Virus record (IMG/VR): IMGVR_UViG_3300020165_002390 | Location: 1 to 55,674 of that record | Strand: one strand, 5' to 3' | Source: a virus | Lineage: Duplodnaviria > Caudoviricetes | DNA length: 55,674 nucleotides | Part shown: positions 10,031-18,921 of the stretch, one piece after another | Layout: each line of letters opens with the position of its first letter | Position numbering within the stretch: position 1 is the first letter of the stretch | Notes under the pieces: model-generated | Databases searched by the model: none | What the model was told of the DNA's origin: nothing | Seen by the model: only the letters and a program-made list of their open reading frames with translations | Made by a program: the position numbers and the translations under genes

Positions 10031-10234
10031 ATGAAGATAGCAAAGAGAAGAAGCAAAAAACTTAAGAAACTTGAGGAAGAACACACATACCTCGATAAGA
10101 AAGTAAAACAACTTACCAAAGACAGGCTCAAAGACAGAAGTACCGAGAGTAAGGATATTTTGTCAAGATTGAAGAGGACTAAATTAATGGTCAAAGATGC
10201 CATTGCAAAGGCAAAAGCCACGTTGACAAGTTGA
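10031..10234 (+). CDS. Small coiled-coil protein, YdcH/DUF465-like
   Basis: LEEEHTYLDKKV...LKRTKLMVKDAI pattern; GGAGG RBS. Confidence 0.6.
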   Translation: MKIAKRRSKKLKKLEEEHTYLDKKVKQLTKDRLKDRSTESKDILSRLKRTKLMVKDAIAKAKATLTS

Positions 10235-10251
10235 TCAAACCGTAATATAAT
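10223..10251 (+). promoter_or_regulatory. Perfect sigma70 consensus promoter TTGACA-N17-TATAAT
   Basis: TTGACA at 10223-10228 and TATAAT at 10246-10251; ATG at 10258, 6 nt after the -10 (leaderless geometry). Confidence 0.85.
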
Positions 10252-10257
10252 AATAAC

Positions 10258-10794
10258 ATGGACAGAGATTACAAAACAGGCAAGAGCGACAGTGTAGGCA
10301 TATTTTCAGGATTAGAGATAGAGCATACACCAGCATATGGATTACAGACGTTGTTCCTTGCGAGGAATGATCTACTGTTTGATCGGATAATAGAACTAGC
10401 AGAACAAGTGAATGCCAAGGCAATCTATTTTGGAGCAAACAGAAGTTTCATGCACAATATAGCCAACACATCACAATTAATCAAAAGATTAATGGACAGC
10501 GGTTATTGGTGCACAATAGACTACCAACACAGTGTACACGCAGAAGTCAAGGAGAGATTCAAGGATATTTGGAAGGAAGAAAAGTTTATACCATTCTGTT
10601 CTGTGATATTCCCTAATTCGGAGGATGACGATAATCTATGTATCAAAGTGGATGACGTAGACTTCGATGCAACAGGGCCTGGAGTATGGACAATGAGCAT
10701 GAACCATTTCAAACAGAGTGCAGGATTCACATCTTGGAACGAATACAAACAAGACGAACCATTAGAGGAGAAAGATGCCAAGAAAGTTGTCTAA
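10258..10794 (+). CDS. Hypothetical protein, possibly a degenerate QueE-like barrel without the Fe-S motif
   Basis: Motif order parallels the QueE at 21472 (see findings); no CxxxCxxC. Confidence 0.5.
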   Translation: MDRDYKTGKSDSVGIFSGLEIEHTPAYGLQTLFLARNDLLFDRIIELAEQVNAKAIYFGANRSFMHNIANTSQLIKRLMDSGYWCTIDYQHSVHAEVKERFKDIWKEEKFIPFCSVIFPNSEDDDNLCIKVDDVDFDATGPGVWTMSMNHFKQSAGFTSWNEYKQDEPLEEKDAKKVV

Positions 10795-10969
10795 AGAGGC
10801 TCTAGCATATAGAGAAGGTGTAAGAAGTTTCAATGCTTGGATGAAAGATAATAAAAAACTCGAGAAGATGGGATTGTATGGCACAGACTACTACGTGAGA
10901 AGGGTCGAAGAACTAGAAGCAAAAGTAAAAAGATTAGAAGCAAGACTAAAAACAAAGGGGAAAAAATGA
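10775..10969 (+). CDS. Small hypothetical protein (coiled coil)
   Basis: GAGGAG RBS; overlaps both neighbours. Confidence 0.55.
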   Translation: MPRKLSKEALAYREGVRSFNAWMKDNKKLEKMGLYGTDYYVRRVEELEAKVKRLEARLKTKGKK

Positions 10970-11406
10970 GTACTGAGGAAATGAGAGATCAAGCACTAAC
11001 AGAACAAGCCAACAGAGGCCATAAAATGATTTGGATTACTTTTAGAAAAGAAGGATTGCACAAATACCCAGCGGCATTGGATGATCCTAAACTAGCAACA
11101 GGTGATGAGTATGATGTGAGTTTCTTAGGATATGTACACAGACACATATTCCATTTCAAGGTAGCAATAGAAGTGACGCATGACGACAGAGATATAGAAT
11201 TCATACAGTTCAAGAGATGGATTGAGAACATGTATGCAGACGGCACAATGAAACTGGATTACAAATCGTGTGAGATGATGAGTGATGACTTGTACATGGC
11301 CATAACAAAGAAGTATCCAGGTAGAAAAATTGAAATAGACGTGAGTGAAGATGGCGAGAATGGAAGCCATGCAGTTTACGAAGTACCAGTGATGGGTGGA
11401 ATATAA
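10966..11406 (+). CDS. QueD-like / 6-pyruvoyl-tetrahydropterin synthase-like T-fold protein
   Basis: EGLH...HRH (three-His metal site), SCEM and VSED motifs matching the QueD layout. Confidence 0.65.
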   Translation: MSTEEMRDQALTEQANRGHKMIWITFRKEGLHKYPAALDDPKLATGDEYDVSFLGYVHRHIFHFKVAIEVTHDDRDIEFIQFKRWIENMYADGTMKLDYKSCEMMSDDLYMAITKKYPGRKIEIDVSEDGENGSHAVYEVPVMGGI

Positions 11407-11735
11407 TGAAAGAGATTCATATACAACAGAAGAGAGCAACAACTAGAATGGGACACCTGCCTGTAGAGGGTGGTGGCTTGAATGCTGGATATGATACAGT
11501 TGACGCAGTGGCTAACATCTGCACAACAGCAGGTAACCTCGGCATGGAGTATGGCAAGGACTTTATCTGGGCATACGCAGGATATGAAGATGTGGGAGAA
11601 GACCTTGATGAGTGTATCACACTGATGGTCAAGGAAGAAAAATACGAATCATTCCTACAACTTGCTATCCAAAACAATCACAAAATAAAACACACTAACG
11701 ACGGAACAGTCAAACTAATCAAGGAGAGAAGATAA
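11406..11735 (+). CDS. Hypothetical protein
   Basis: 109-aa ORF coupled by TAATG. Confidence 0.6.
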   Translation: MKEIHIQQKRATTRMGHLPVEGGGLNAGYDTVDAVANICTTAGNLGMEYGKDFIWAYAGYEDVGEDLDECITLMVKEEKYESFLQLAIQNNHKIKHTNDGTVKLIKERR

Positions 11736-11736
11736 T

Positions 11737-12273
11737 ATGAGAGTACCATACACGAACTTTAAGACAAGAACAGGTGATGACAACGCAGTAGGCGGTTGTG
11801 CATTCATAGGCGGTGAATGGAAAGATGTAGACACAGCAGAAATTTTTGATAATAAGAAAATTGTAGTATTTGCACTTCCTGGAGCATTCACGCCCACTTG
11901 TAGTTCACAACAGGTCCCAGGATACGAAGAAATGTACGATGAGTTCAAAGCACAGGGCATAGACGAAGTATACTGCTTGTCAGTGAACGATGCATTTGTA
12001 ATGAATGCTTGGTTCAACAACCAAGAGATCAAGAAAGTCAAACCAATTGGTGACGGCGAAGGTGTATTCACACAAGGCATGGGAATGTTGGTCAACAAAC
12101 CTTTACAAGGTTTTGGCATGAGATCTTGGAGATATTCGATGCTAGTCGACAATGGAGAGATTATGAAGCAGTTTGTCGAAGAAGGACAGAATAATGCAAG
12201 TGATGATGACGACCCATTTGAAGTGTCTGACGCAAAAACAATGTTAGATTTTATCAAGTCAAATGCCGGGTAA
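11737..12273 (+). CDS. Peroxiredoxin (Prx5-like)
   Basis: LPGAFTPTCS active site; SVNDAFVMNAW; GMRSWRY. Confidence 0.93.
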   Translation: MRVPYTNFKTRTGDDNAVGGCAFIGGEWKDVDTAEIFDNKKIVVFALPGAFTPTCSSQQVPGYEEMYDEFKAQGIDEVYCLSVNDAFVMNAWFNNQEIKKVKPIGDGEGVFTQGMGMLVNKPLQGFGMRSWRYSMLVDNGEIMKQFVEEGQNNASDDDDPFEVSDAKTMLDFIKSNAG

Positions 12274-12472
12274 CTGGGACGGAAAATCCAGACCAGTTAA
12301 CAACAAGTATCGGGAGAACTATGACGACATCTTCAAAGGAAAAACCACACGGGTGGCTAGAGGCAAAACAGTCAACGGGAGCAGTCTATGGGCTGGGAGT
12401 GGAGGAATCAAAAAGAGGCAAAGCGATAAGGAGAATCGCTCAGCCATTGACCGACAAACACTGGATAGGTAG
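12263..12472 (+). CDS. Small hypothetical protein (WDGKSRP...YRENYDDIF)
   Basis: Overlaps the peroxiredoxin stop; also overlaps ORF 12321 in another frame. Confidence 0.4.
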   Translation: MPGNWDGKSRPVNNKYRENYDDIFKGKTTRVARGKTVNGSSLWAGSGGIKKRQSDKENRSAIDRQTLDR

Positions 12473-12551
12473 TGGGCAAAGTGTCACATTGTTGCATAGG
12501 ATCAACAGGATTGCCGAATATCTATTCACAAGAACAAAGAGGCACAAATAA
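12321..12551 (+). CDS. Small hypothetical protein
   Basis: GGAG upstream; TAATG coupling to the SET gene. Confidence 0.45.
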   Translation: MTTSSKEKPHGWLEAKQSTGAVYGLGVEESKRGKAIRRIAQPLTDKHWIGSGQSVTLLHRINRIAEYLFTRTKRHK

Positions 12552-12871
12552 TGTATAGACCACTACCGGACGGTGTAACGATAAAACAATCGGAAGTGCA
12601 AGGCCTTGGATTGTTTGCAACAAAAGACTTTGAAGCAGACACGATCCTGGGTATTGTGCATATCATGAATAAAAACTTTCCACATGGTAGTATTCGTACT
12701 GCCTTGGGAGCATTTTATAATCATCATGATGATCCTAACTGCAAAAACCTAAAAGGTTTCTGGCATCAACTGCCTGTCTGTTATTTGATGACAGTGAGAC
12801 CAGTTAAGGCAGGCGAAGAACTAACAGCAAAATACACTTTGTACAAAGATTTCAGTGACAAGTGGGAATAA
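12551..12871 (+). CDS. SET-domain protein (putative lysine methyltransferase)
   Basis: GLGLFATKD, FYNHHDDPN and GEELTAKY SET signatures. Confidence 0.85.
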   Translation: MYRPLPDGVTIKQSEVQGLGLFATKDFEADTILGIVHIMNKNFPHGSIRTALGAFYNHHDDPNCKNLKGFWHQLPVCYLMTVRPVKAGEELTAKYTLYKDFSDKWE

Positions 12872-12883
12872 AGGAGTTATAAT
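12855..12883 (+). promoter_or_regulatory. Sigma70-type promoter GTGACA-N17-TATAAT
   Basis: -35 at 12855-12860 and -10 at 12878-12883; ATG at 12890. Confidence 0.6.
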
Positions 12884-12889
12884 AAGCAT

Positions 12890-14059
12890 ATGAAAATATT
12901 TTACATGGGACTAGAACCCTACGAAGGCAGATACACACTGCAATTACAAGACTGGACAGAACGTGCATACAAGAAAAGAGGTATAGAATACGTTGTTGTT
13001 CCGGGTACTACCATAGATGACACAAAAGCGATCAGTGTTGGACAGGTGCTTGACGCACACGGAAGATCATACTTTGGCATGAGTCAGATGATGAATCTTG
13101 TACAGATGATGCGTAATGGAGAAGTAACAAGTAAGGACATAGTATTCTTCGAAGACATGTTCCAGCCAGGCATGGAATCATTGCCCTACATACTACATCA
13201 AGTTGAAGACAAACACAGACCAACGATATATCTTAGATGCTTGGCACAGGCCATAGATCCAGATGACTTTGTACATGTATGGGGCATGAGCAAATGGATG
13301 AGCATGTATGAACAGATGTGTAATGAAATTCCTAATGTAAAAATACTCGCAACCAACGAAGAGATGGTGGCACACATGAAAATAGCAAATTGGTCAGCAC
13401 CCATATACAACATATCGGGCTTGAGTTTTGGCAAGGAAGAAGTGCAAAGCAGGGTTCCAGACAGGAAACCTTTCAATGAAAGAAAACAGAGAGTCATATT
13501 TGGAGCGAGATGGGATCAGGAGAAACAGCCACAGTTCTACATGACGCTGGCAATGAAATACAAAGATAAACACCCAGATGTGGAATTTGCAATATGCCAA
13601 GGTGGTCCTTTGAGATCAAACAACCAAATCTTCGTGGACGAGGCAAAGTATCTTGCAAAACAAGGCACAATAACCATACATGAGAACCTGAAGAAGAACG
13701 AGTACTACGAACTACTCGCAGACTCGAGGGTGATGTTCAACTGTGCTTTACAGGACTGGGTATCCAACACAGTGAGTGAAGCGGATGCAATGGGGTGTAA
13801 CACACTGTTTCCGGCATACAGATCATTCCCAGAGACATTCGCAAATGACCACACAAGAATGTATGTTCCATGGTCAGAGCAAGACGCAATGGAAAAACTA
13901 GAAGTATTATTAAGCAAACCATCCCCTAGTATAGGTAAATTATCTGATTGGACCGACGGTACCATAGACAGGATGATTGACATCATGACAGGCAAGGGAG
14001 AACAATGGAGAAGAGATGGAAGACACTACAGGACACCAGTTTCCGAAGCAAAATATTAA
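12890..14059 (+). CDS. GT-B (GT4-like) glycosyltransferase
   Basis: RWDQEKQP; NCALQDWVSNTVSEADAMG (EX7E-like donor motif); SFPE. Confidence 0.75.
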   Translation: MKIFYMGLEPYEGRYTLQLQDWTERAYKKRGIEYVVVPGTTIDDTKAISVGQVLDAHGRSYFGMSQMMNLVQMMRNGEVTSKDIVFFEDMFQPGMESLPYILHQVEDKHRPTIYLRCLAQAIDPDDFVHVWGMSKWMSMYEQMCNEIPNVKILATNEEMVAHMKIANWSAPIYNISGLSFGKEEVQSRVPDRKPFNERKQRVIFGARWDQEKQPQFYMTLAMKYKDKHPDVEFAICQGGPLRSNNQIFVDEAKYLAKQGTITIHENLKKNEYYELLADSRVMFNCALQDWVSNTVSEADAMGCNTLFPAYRSFPETFANDHTRMYVPWSEQDAMEKLEVLLSKPSPSIGKLSDWTDGTIDRMIDIMTGKGEQWRRDGRHYRTPVSEAKY

Positions 14060-15047
14060 CACACTGAGCAAGGCCGTGCTGGTCACGGGCGGAGCGGGTT
14101 ATGTGGGTTCACACACCTGCAAACTGTTGGCCAAGAATGGATTCACTCCAGTCACGATAGACAGGCATTACAGAGAGGGTCTGAAGTCGTTTGGCCCGAA
14201 CTACAATTTGAATCTCCCACAGGAGATGGACAGGGTTGACGAGATAGTCAACAGATACAACATAAGCAGTTGCATACACTTCGCGGGTAGCACCAGTGTA
14301 CCTGAGAGTGTTGCAAATCCTTCATTGTATTACAAAAACAATTTGATCATGACCATATCATTACTGGACAAACTTATCGAGTGTGGAGTCAAGACATTCG
14401 TTTACAGTTCAAGTGCGGCCACGTACGGTGATCCAGGAATGCAGTTGGCCATGGAGTCTGATGTTGCTGACCCGATCAGTGCATATGGAGGTAGTAAGTT
14501 AATGATAGAGATGGTGTGTAAAGATTATCTGAGAGCATACGGATTATCAAGTGTTGGATTGAGATACTTCAATGCCGCAGGAGCAGACCCAGAAGCAGAG
14601 GTAGGAGAGTTAAGGGAAAAAGAAACACACATCATACCACTGGCCATCGAGGCCGCGAAGCAGGGAAAAACATTTAAAATCTTTGGTGACAAGTATCCTA
14701 CCGATGACGGGACCTGTGTGAGAGATTACGTGCATGTGATGGACCTAGCAGACGCACACATAAAAGCATTGAATCACGCTTCGGAGAATCCAGTGGCGGA
14801 AGTGTTCAACCTAGGATCAGGGGAACCTGCTTCAAACAAGCAGTTGATAGAAGCGGTACAGAAACATGCAGGGGAGATGAACATAGAGATGCATGACAAC
14901 AGACCCGGAGATCCTGCATACCTTGTGGCAGACACCAGCAAGGTAAAGGAAATTTTAGAGTGGGAGCCCACACAGAGCAGTCTTGACAACGTGGTGGCAA
15001 CTGCTGTACAATGGTATAACAAGACACACAAGAAGGAGATACAATGA
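14016..15047 (+). CDS. galE: UDP-glucose 4-epimerase
   Basis: VTGGAGYVGSH, SSSAATYG, YGGSK, LRYFNAAGA, DGTCVRDYVHV, RPGDP. Confidence 0.92.
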   Translation: MEDTTGHQFPKQNINTLSKAVLVTGGAGYVGSHTCKLLAKNGFTPVTIDRHYREGLKSFGPNYNLNLPQEMDRVDEIVNRYNISSCIHFAGSTSVPESVANPSLYYKNNLIMTISLLDKLIECGVKTFVYSSSAATYGDPGMQLAMESDVADPISAYGGSKLMIEMVCKDYLRAYGLSSVGLRYFNAAGADPEAEVGELREKETHIIPLAIEAAKQGKTFKIFGDKYPTDDGTCVRDYVHVMDLADAHIKALNHASENPVAEVFNLGSGEPASNKQLIEAVQKHAGEMNIEMHDNRPGDPAYLVADTSKVKEILEWEPTQSSLDNVVATAVQWYNKTHKKEIQ

Positions 15048-15274
15048 CAGACTCAGATGAAAAACAAAGAGCACTAGACGCCTCAATGGAAAACGAGAGC
15101 CAGGAATCACAATCAGGTTATAGCCCAATGGTGCAGATATCTTTGAAGGAATATGACAAGTTGAAGGAGAGATCTAAATACATCACCGACAGGGATCTGA
15201 TCGGTTGCATTGACAAGATAGAAGAACTTGTAAGGGCATTAAGGAAACACATAGTCAGAGGAGATTTTGAATAG
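15044..15274 (+). CDS. Hypothetical protein
   Basis: AAGGAG RBS; ATGA overlap. Confidence 0.6.
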   Translation: MTDSDEKQRALDASMENESQESQSGYSPMVQISLKEYDKLKERSKYITDRDLIGCIDKIEELVRALRKHIVRGDFE

Positions 15275-15993
15275 TGGAAGATACATTAAAAGATAGTTGG
15301 GAACCCAAGGCTTCAACAAGCCAAGAGATTAGGAAACGTGTAGAGGAGGCTGGTGCACGAGCATGGGCCAACGACAATATCAGTGAATTCATTGAAGAAG
15401 GTGAGAAACAAAAACTTATAGACGAGGCCATACCGGCATTTGAAAATGTGTTACAAAGCCTCGTGATTGACACGAAGACTGATCCAAACAGCATGGACAC
15501 TGCAAGACGAATGGCCAAGATGTACATCAACGAGATCATGTCTGGTCGTTATGACGAAATGCCTAACCCTAGTGCATTTCCTAACTACATTGAAGGTGGA
15601 TATGAGGGCATGTTGGTCGTGAGGAGTGAACTTACGAGTTTGTGTTCACATCATCACCAAACGGTCAAGGGCGTGGCATACATTGGTATCATCGCAGGAC
15701 CTAAACTACTAGGACTGAGCAAGTACACAAGGATCGCTCAATGGTGTGCAAGACGTGGTACACTACAGGAAGATCTAAATGTGATGATTGCCAATCAGAT
15801 AGAACAAACAACTGGCAGTAAAGATGTCGGTGTGTATGTTCAGGCCACACACGGATGTTGTGAGAACAGAGGTATCAAGGCTCACAGCAGTTTGACACAG
15901 ACGACTGTGTTGCGTGGAGCATTCAAGAATGATAATGCCACTAAGAAAGAGTTCATGGACAACGTTAAACTACAACAACAGTTTGCGTGTTAA
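15274..15993 (+). CDS. folE: GTP cyclohydrolase I
   Basis: SLCSHH, GLSK, LQE, HGCCENRG; GTG start. Confidence 0.95.
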   Translation: MEDTLKDSWEPKASTSQEIRKRVEEAGARAWANDNISEFIEEGEKQKLIDEAIPAFENVLQSLVIDTKTDPNSMDTARRMAKMYINEIMSGRYDEMPNPSAFPNYIEGGYEGMLVVRSELTSLCSHHHQTVKGVAYIGIIAGPKLLGLSKYTRIAQWCARRGTLQEDLNVMIANQIEQTTGSKDVGVYVQATHGCCENRGIKAHSSLTQTTVLRGAFKNDNATKKEFMDNVKLQQQFAC

Positions 15994-15996
15994 CGG

Positions 15997-16284
15997 ATGC
16001 CTAAGAAAAACATTACAAAAAAAGAGAAAAAAATTGTAGACGACCTGTGGGAATATACAAAACAGGCCAACATGAAATCGGACAACATAGAAATGGGTTC
16101 AGATGGAATACAGAACACTGGAGACTTCTCTTACAGTTTTAGAGACCTAGGTGACATGGGACAGTTGGATCTTTTTGACGAGATGGACATGAGGGACAAG
16201 TACCCAGCACTGAATCAAGCATGGGAACACTACCAGAGTGTGCTACAAGTCTGTAAAACTAAGGAAAAAGAAGATGCGGATTAA
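15997..16284 (+). CDS. Hypothetical protein
   Basis: 95-aa ORF with KYPALNQAWEHYQ; in operon context. Confidence 0.6.
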   Translation: MPKKNITKKEKKIVDDLWEYTKQANMKSDNIEMGSDGIQNTGDFSYSFRDLGDMGQLDLFDEMDMRDKYPALNQAWEHYQSVLQVCKTKEKEDAD

Positions 16285-17323
16285 CACAGAACCAAAACTT
16301 AATTTTGAGGACGTACTGCTTCAGCCAAAACGTTCTACACTGTCTAGCAGGAGAGATGTAGACATGACTCGTAAGTTCACGTTCCGTAACTCAGGCAAGG
16401 TGATGGATTTCCTTCCTATATTTGCAAGTAACATGGACGGTGTTGGTACATTCTCTATGGCAAGGGAAATGCAGAAGCACAAGATGATGACCGTTATCAC
16501 AAAAACTACCACACCAGAGCAATGGAAAGAGGCCGCAGGCACAGGATTGAGAATGCAATCGGTGTCAGTGTGTACAGGAACCAACGTGATGTGGGATCCG
16601 GAAGCACCTGATTGGGCGACCATGAATAGAGTTTTAGAAATGTTTCCAGATGTAAAGATGATCACTGTTGATGTAGCGAACGCATATCACCAGAACATGG
16701 TAGATTTCATAAAAAAGGTTAGAGATGAATATCCAGACAAGGTTATCATAGCAGGCAACGTAGTGACACCAGAGATGACAGAAGAGTTAATAATAAATGG
16801 TGCCGACGTGGTCAAAATAGGGATAGGGCCTGGATCGGTTTGCACTACAAGAACGATGACCGGTGTTGGTGTACCACAATTTTCGGCAATAGTGGATTGT
16901 TCAGATGCGGCAAACGGTGTTGGTGGACACATAATGGCTGACGGTGGTTGTGTGTATCCAGGAGATATAGCAAAAGCATTTGGTGGAGGAGCCCACATGG
17001 TCATGATTGGTGGCATGTTGGCAGGACATGATGAATCAGAACAGCCAGTAGTAGATGGCAAAGTAGAATTTTATGGAATGAGCTCGGACAGGGCTCGTGA
17101 GAAACACGGCAAACGCAAGGACGGATACCGAGGCAACGAAGGTCGACTGATATCCTTGCCCCACAGAGGACCTGTTGAAGGAACCTTGGAAGACATACTA
17201 GGCGGAGTAAGAAGTGCCTGCACATACATAGGTGCAAGAAGACTCAAAGACATGGCCAAGTGTGCTAGTTTCGTGACAACCAACAACGTGATCAACAGGG
17301 TCTATGAGCGATACACAAAATAG
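16274..17323 (+). CDS. guaC: GMP reductase
   Basis: DVLLQPKRSTL, ASNMD, DVANAY, KIGIGPGSVCTTR, ADGGC, FYGMSS; start moved to ATG 16274. Confidence 0.93.
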   Translation: MRINTEPKLNFEDVLLQPKRSTLSSRRDVDMTRKFTFRNSGKVMDFLPIFASNMDGVGTFSMAREMQKHKMMTVITKTTTPEQWKEAAGTGLRMQSVSVCTGTNVMWDPEAPDWATMNRVLEMFPDVKMITVDVANAYHQNMVDFIKKVRDEYPDKVIIAGNVVTPEMTEELIINGADVVKIGIGPGSVCTTRTMTGVGVPQFSAIVDCSDAANGVGGHIMADGGCVYPGDIAKAFGGGAHMVMIGGMLAGHDESEQPVVDGKVEFYGMSSDRAREKHGKRKDGYRGNEGRLISLPHRGPVEGTLEDILGGVRSACTYIGARRLKDMAKCASFVTTNNVINRVYERYTK

Positions 17324-17639
17324 AATAGAAGATCTAGAACAAAAAATTGAGACACTCGAAGATCAATTGACCAGTGTTCGCAAGGTCACACCATTGCACG
17401 ATATCACTTGGTATGTTAAATGGGTATCTGTGTTCTTTGTGTGTTGTGCGGTGCTTTGCAGATCAATTGAAGAAGTACCAAAGATATATGATGTGTTCTT
17501 TTCAATAATTGGAACAGCAGGCTGGCTTTGGGTGGGATTCAAATGGCATGACCGGGCACTTATAGTTTTAAATACGATACTACTGGCGATGTTGGTATCA
17601 GGAGGAGCGAGGTATATTGTACAATGGCTGATGATGTAA
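17304..17639 (+). CDS. Small membrane protein (DUF6552-like)
   Basis: WYVKW...GWLWVG..WHDRALIVLN; about 3 TM. Confidence 0.55.
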   Translation: MSDTQNRIEDLEQKIETLEDQLTSVRKVTPLHDITWYVKWVSVFFVCCAVLCRSIEEVPKIYDVFFSIIGTAGWLWVGFKWHDRALIVLNTILLAMLVSGGARYIVQWLMM

Positions 17640-18088
17640 AGAAGAACTATTTCACAACAGGACAGATGCGTAACGCATTAATACAGATCGAGGACAAGAT
17701 GGTCCATAGCAACTGGATGCCAAACATCATACTGGGAATAAACAGAGGTGGTTGCATACCCGGTGTGTACCTTTCGCACAGGTTAAAAACAGCACACGAA
17801 GTGCTAGATGTGAGATTGAGAGATCACACTGCCAAGCCTAACCTAACCGTGTTGGAGAAAGCATTCGCATTCCAAAAGAAGATACTGATCATAGACGACA
17901 TAAATGATTCCGGGGCAACATTCCAGTACATACTTGACCACTTCGGAAAGCGTGAGGACAGGATCAAATTCGCGGCCTTGATAAACAACAAACCTTCAAA
18001 AGTAAAAGTAGATTACCATGGATACGAGATCAACAAGGACGAAGTGCCCAGTTGGATAGTATTCCCATGGGAAGAATGGGACAAGTGA
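17624..18088 (+). CDS. Purine phosphoribosyltransferase (Gpt-like type I PRTase)
   Basis: GINRGG, PRPP loop LIIDDINDSGAT and WIVFPWE. Confidence 0.88.
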   Translation: MADDVKKNYFTTGQMRNALIQIEDKMVHSNWMPNIILGINRGGCIPGVYLSHRLKTAHEVLDVRLRDHTAKPNLTVLEKAFAFQKKILIIDDINDSGATFQYILDHFGKREDRIKFAALINNKPSKVKVDYHGYEINKDEVPSWIVFPWEEWDK

Positions 18089-18840
18089 AATACATCCTAG
18101 TTTTCTCATTTATCTACAAACACTATACAAAAAGTTTCGATATAAAACTGTACAGCGATGACACTATGTTGGACGACATATCGCTGACCCACGATATAAA
18201 TTATCGCACAGTAGACAACACCCAATCAAAAAAGTACAAGGGAATCAAACAATTCAACTGGTGGTATTCTAAACTCAGAGACAAGGCCCAAGAATTACCA
18301 GAAAAAATTTTCGTGTATGAAGTGGACGAGTCCGTCCTAGGCAATTACATAAAGATAAAAATAGCAGACGATGGATCTAACAGCACAAACGGTTTCATGA
18401 CCAAGTCTAACATGTTCATGATCGATAAGTTATTCCTTTTTCCAAAATTCTTATTTGAGTCACATGACAAACTGCGGAAGTTGGGAGACATGCTATGGAG
18501 AAATCCAAAGTTCATACAGCACACAGAAGCAGGAGCGGATCCAATCGACAGAGACAACGACAACGCCGTAGAATGGCCAGGCACTGATGCTGTGCTTGAA
18601 AATGGTAATTTGACCAGTGCAACATGGCACGGCGGGGTCAAACAATTAGATGTGCCCTTAATCAAAAAATTCAACACTTATTTTTTGCACCCTTGCAAAA
18701 AGAACATGCGAGATGGAAGACCAATCAAATGGAATTTTGATCCAAGTATCTTTGAGTACGATGAAACCTTCAATATCCTACAAAACGTTAAAACACGGCC
18801 GCCACAGTATTCAAGTAACGTAAAAGTTGTATCACTGTAA
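18085..18840 (+). CDS. Hypothetical protein
   Basis: Likely GTG start at 18085 overlapping the PRTase stop region; contains SNSTNGFMTKSN. Confidence 0.55.
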   Translation: MKYILVFSFIYKHYTKSFDIKLYSDDTMLDDISLTHDINYRTVDNTQSKKYKGIKQFNWWYSKLRDKAQELPEKIFVYEVDESVLGNYIKIKIADDGSNSTNGFMTKSNMFMIDKLFLFPKFLFESHDKLRKLGDMLWRNPKFIQHTEAGADPIDRDNDNAVEWPGTDAVLENGNLTSATWHGGVKQLDVPLIKKFNTYFLHPCKKNMRDGRPIKWNFDPSIFEYDETFNILQNVKTRPPQYSSNVKVVSL

Positions 18841-18858
18841 AAAATCTTGTTTCAGTGT

Positions 18859-18888
18859 TTGACACATCCATGGTAAATCCTGTACAAT
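18859..18888 (+). promoter_or_regulatory. Sigma70-type promoter TTGACA-N18-TACAAT for yhhQ
   Basis: TTGACA at 18859-18864 and TACAAT at 18883-18888; AGGAGA RBS before 18922. Confidence 0.6.
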
Positions 18889-18921
18889 TAAGGTAACATT
18901 AAAAAACCTATAGGAGATTAA

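Noticed and set aside
18889-18921. Possible preQ1 riboswitch upstream of yhhQ (A-rich ATTAAAAAACCTA)
   Set aside because: No P1 stem or conserved loop precedes the A-tract, and the predicted leader is too short
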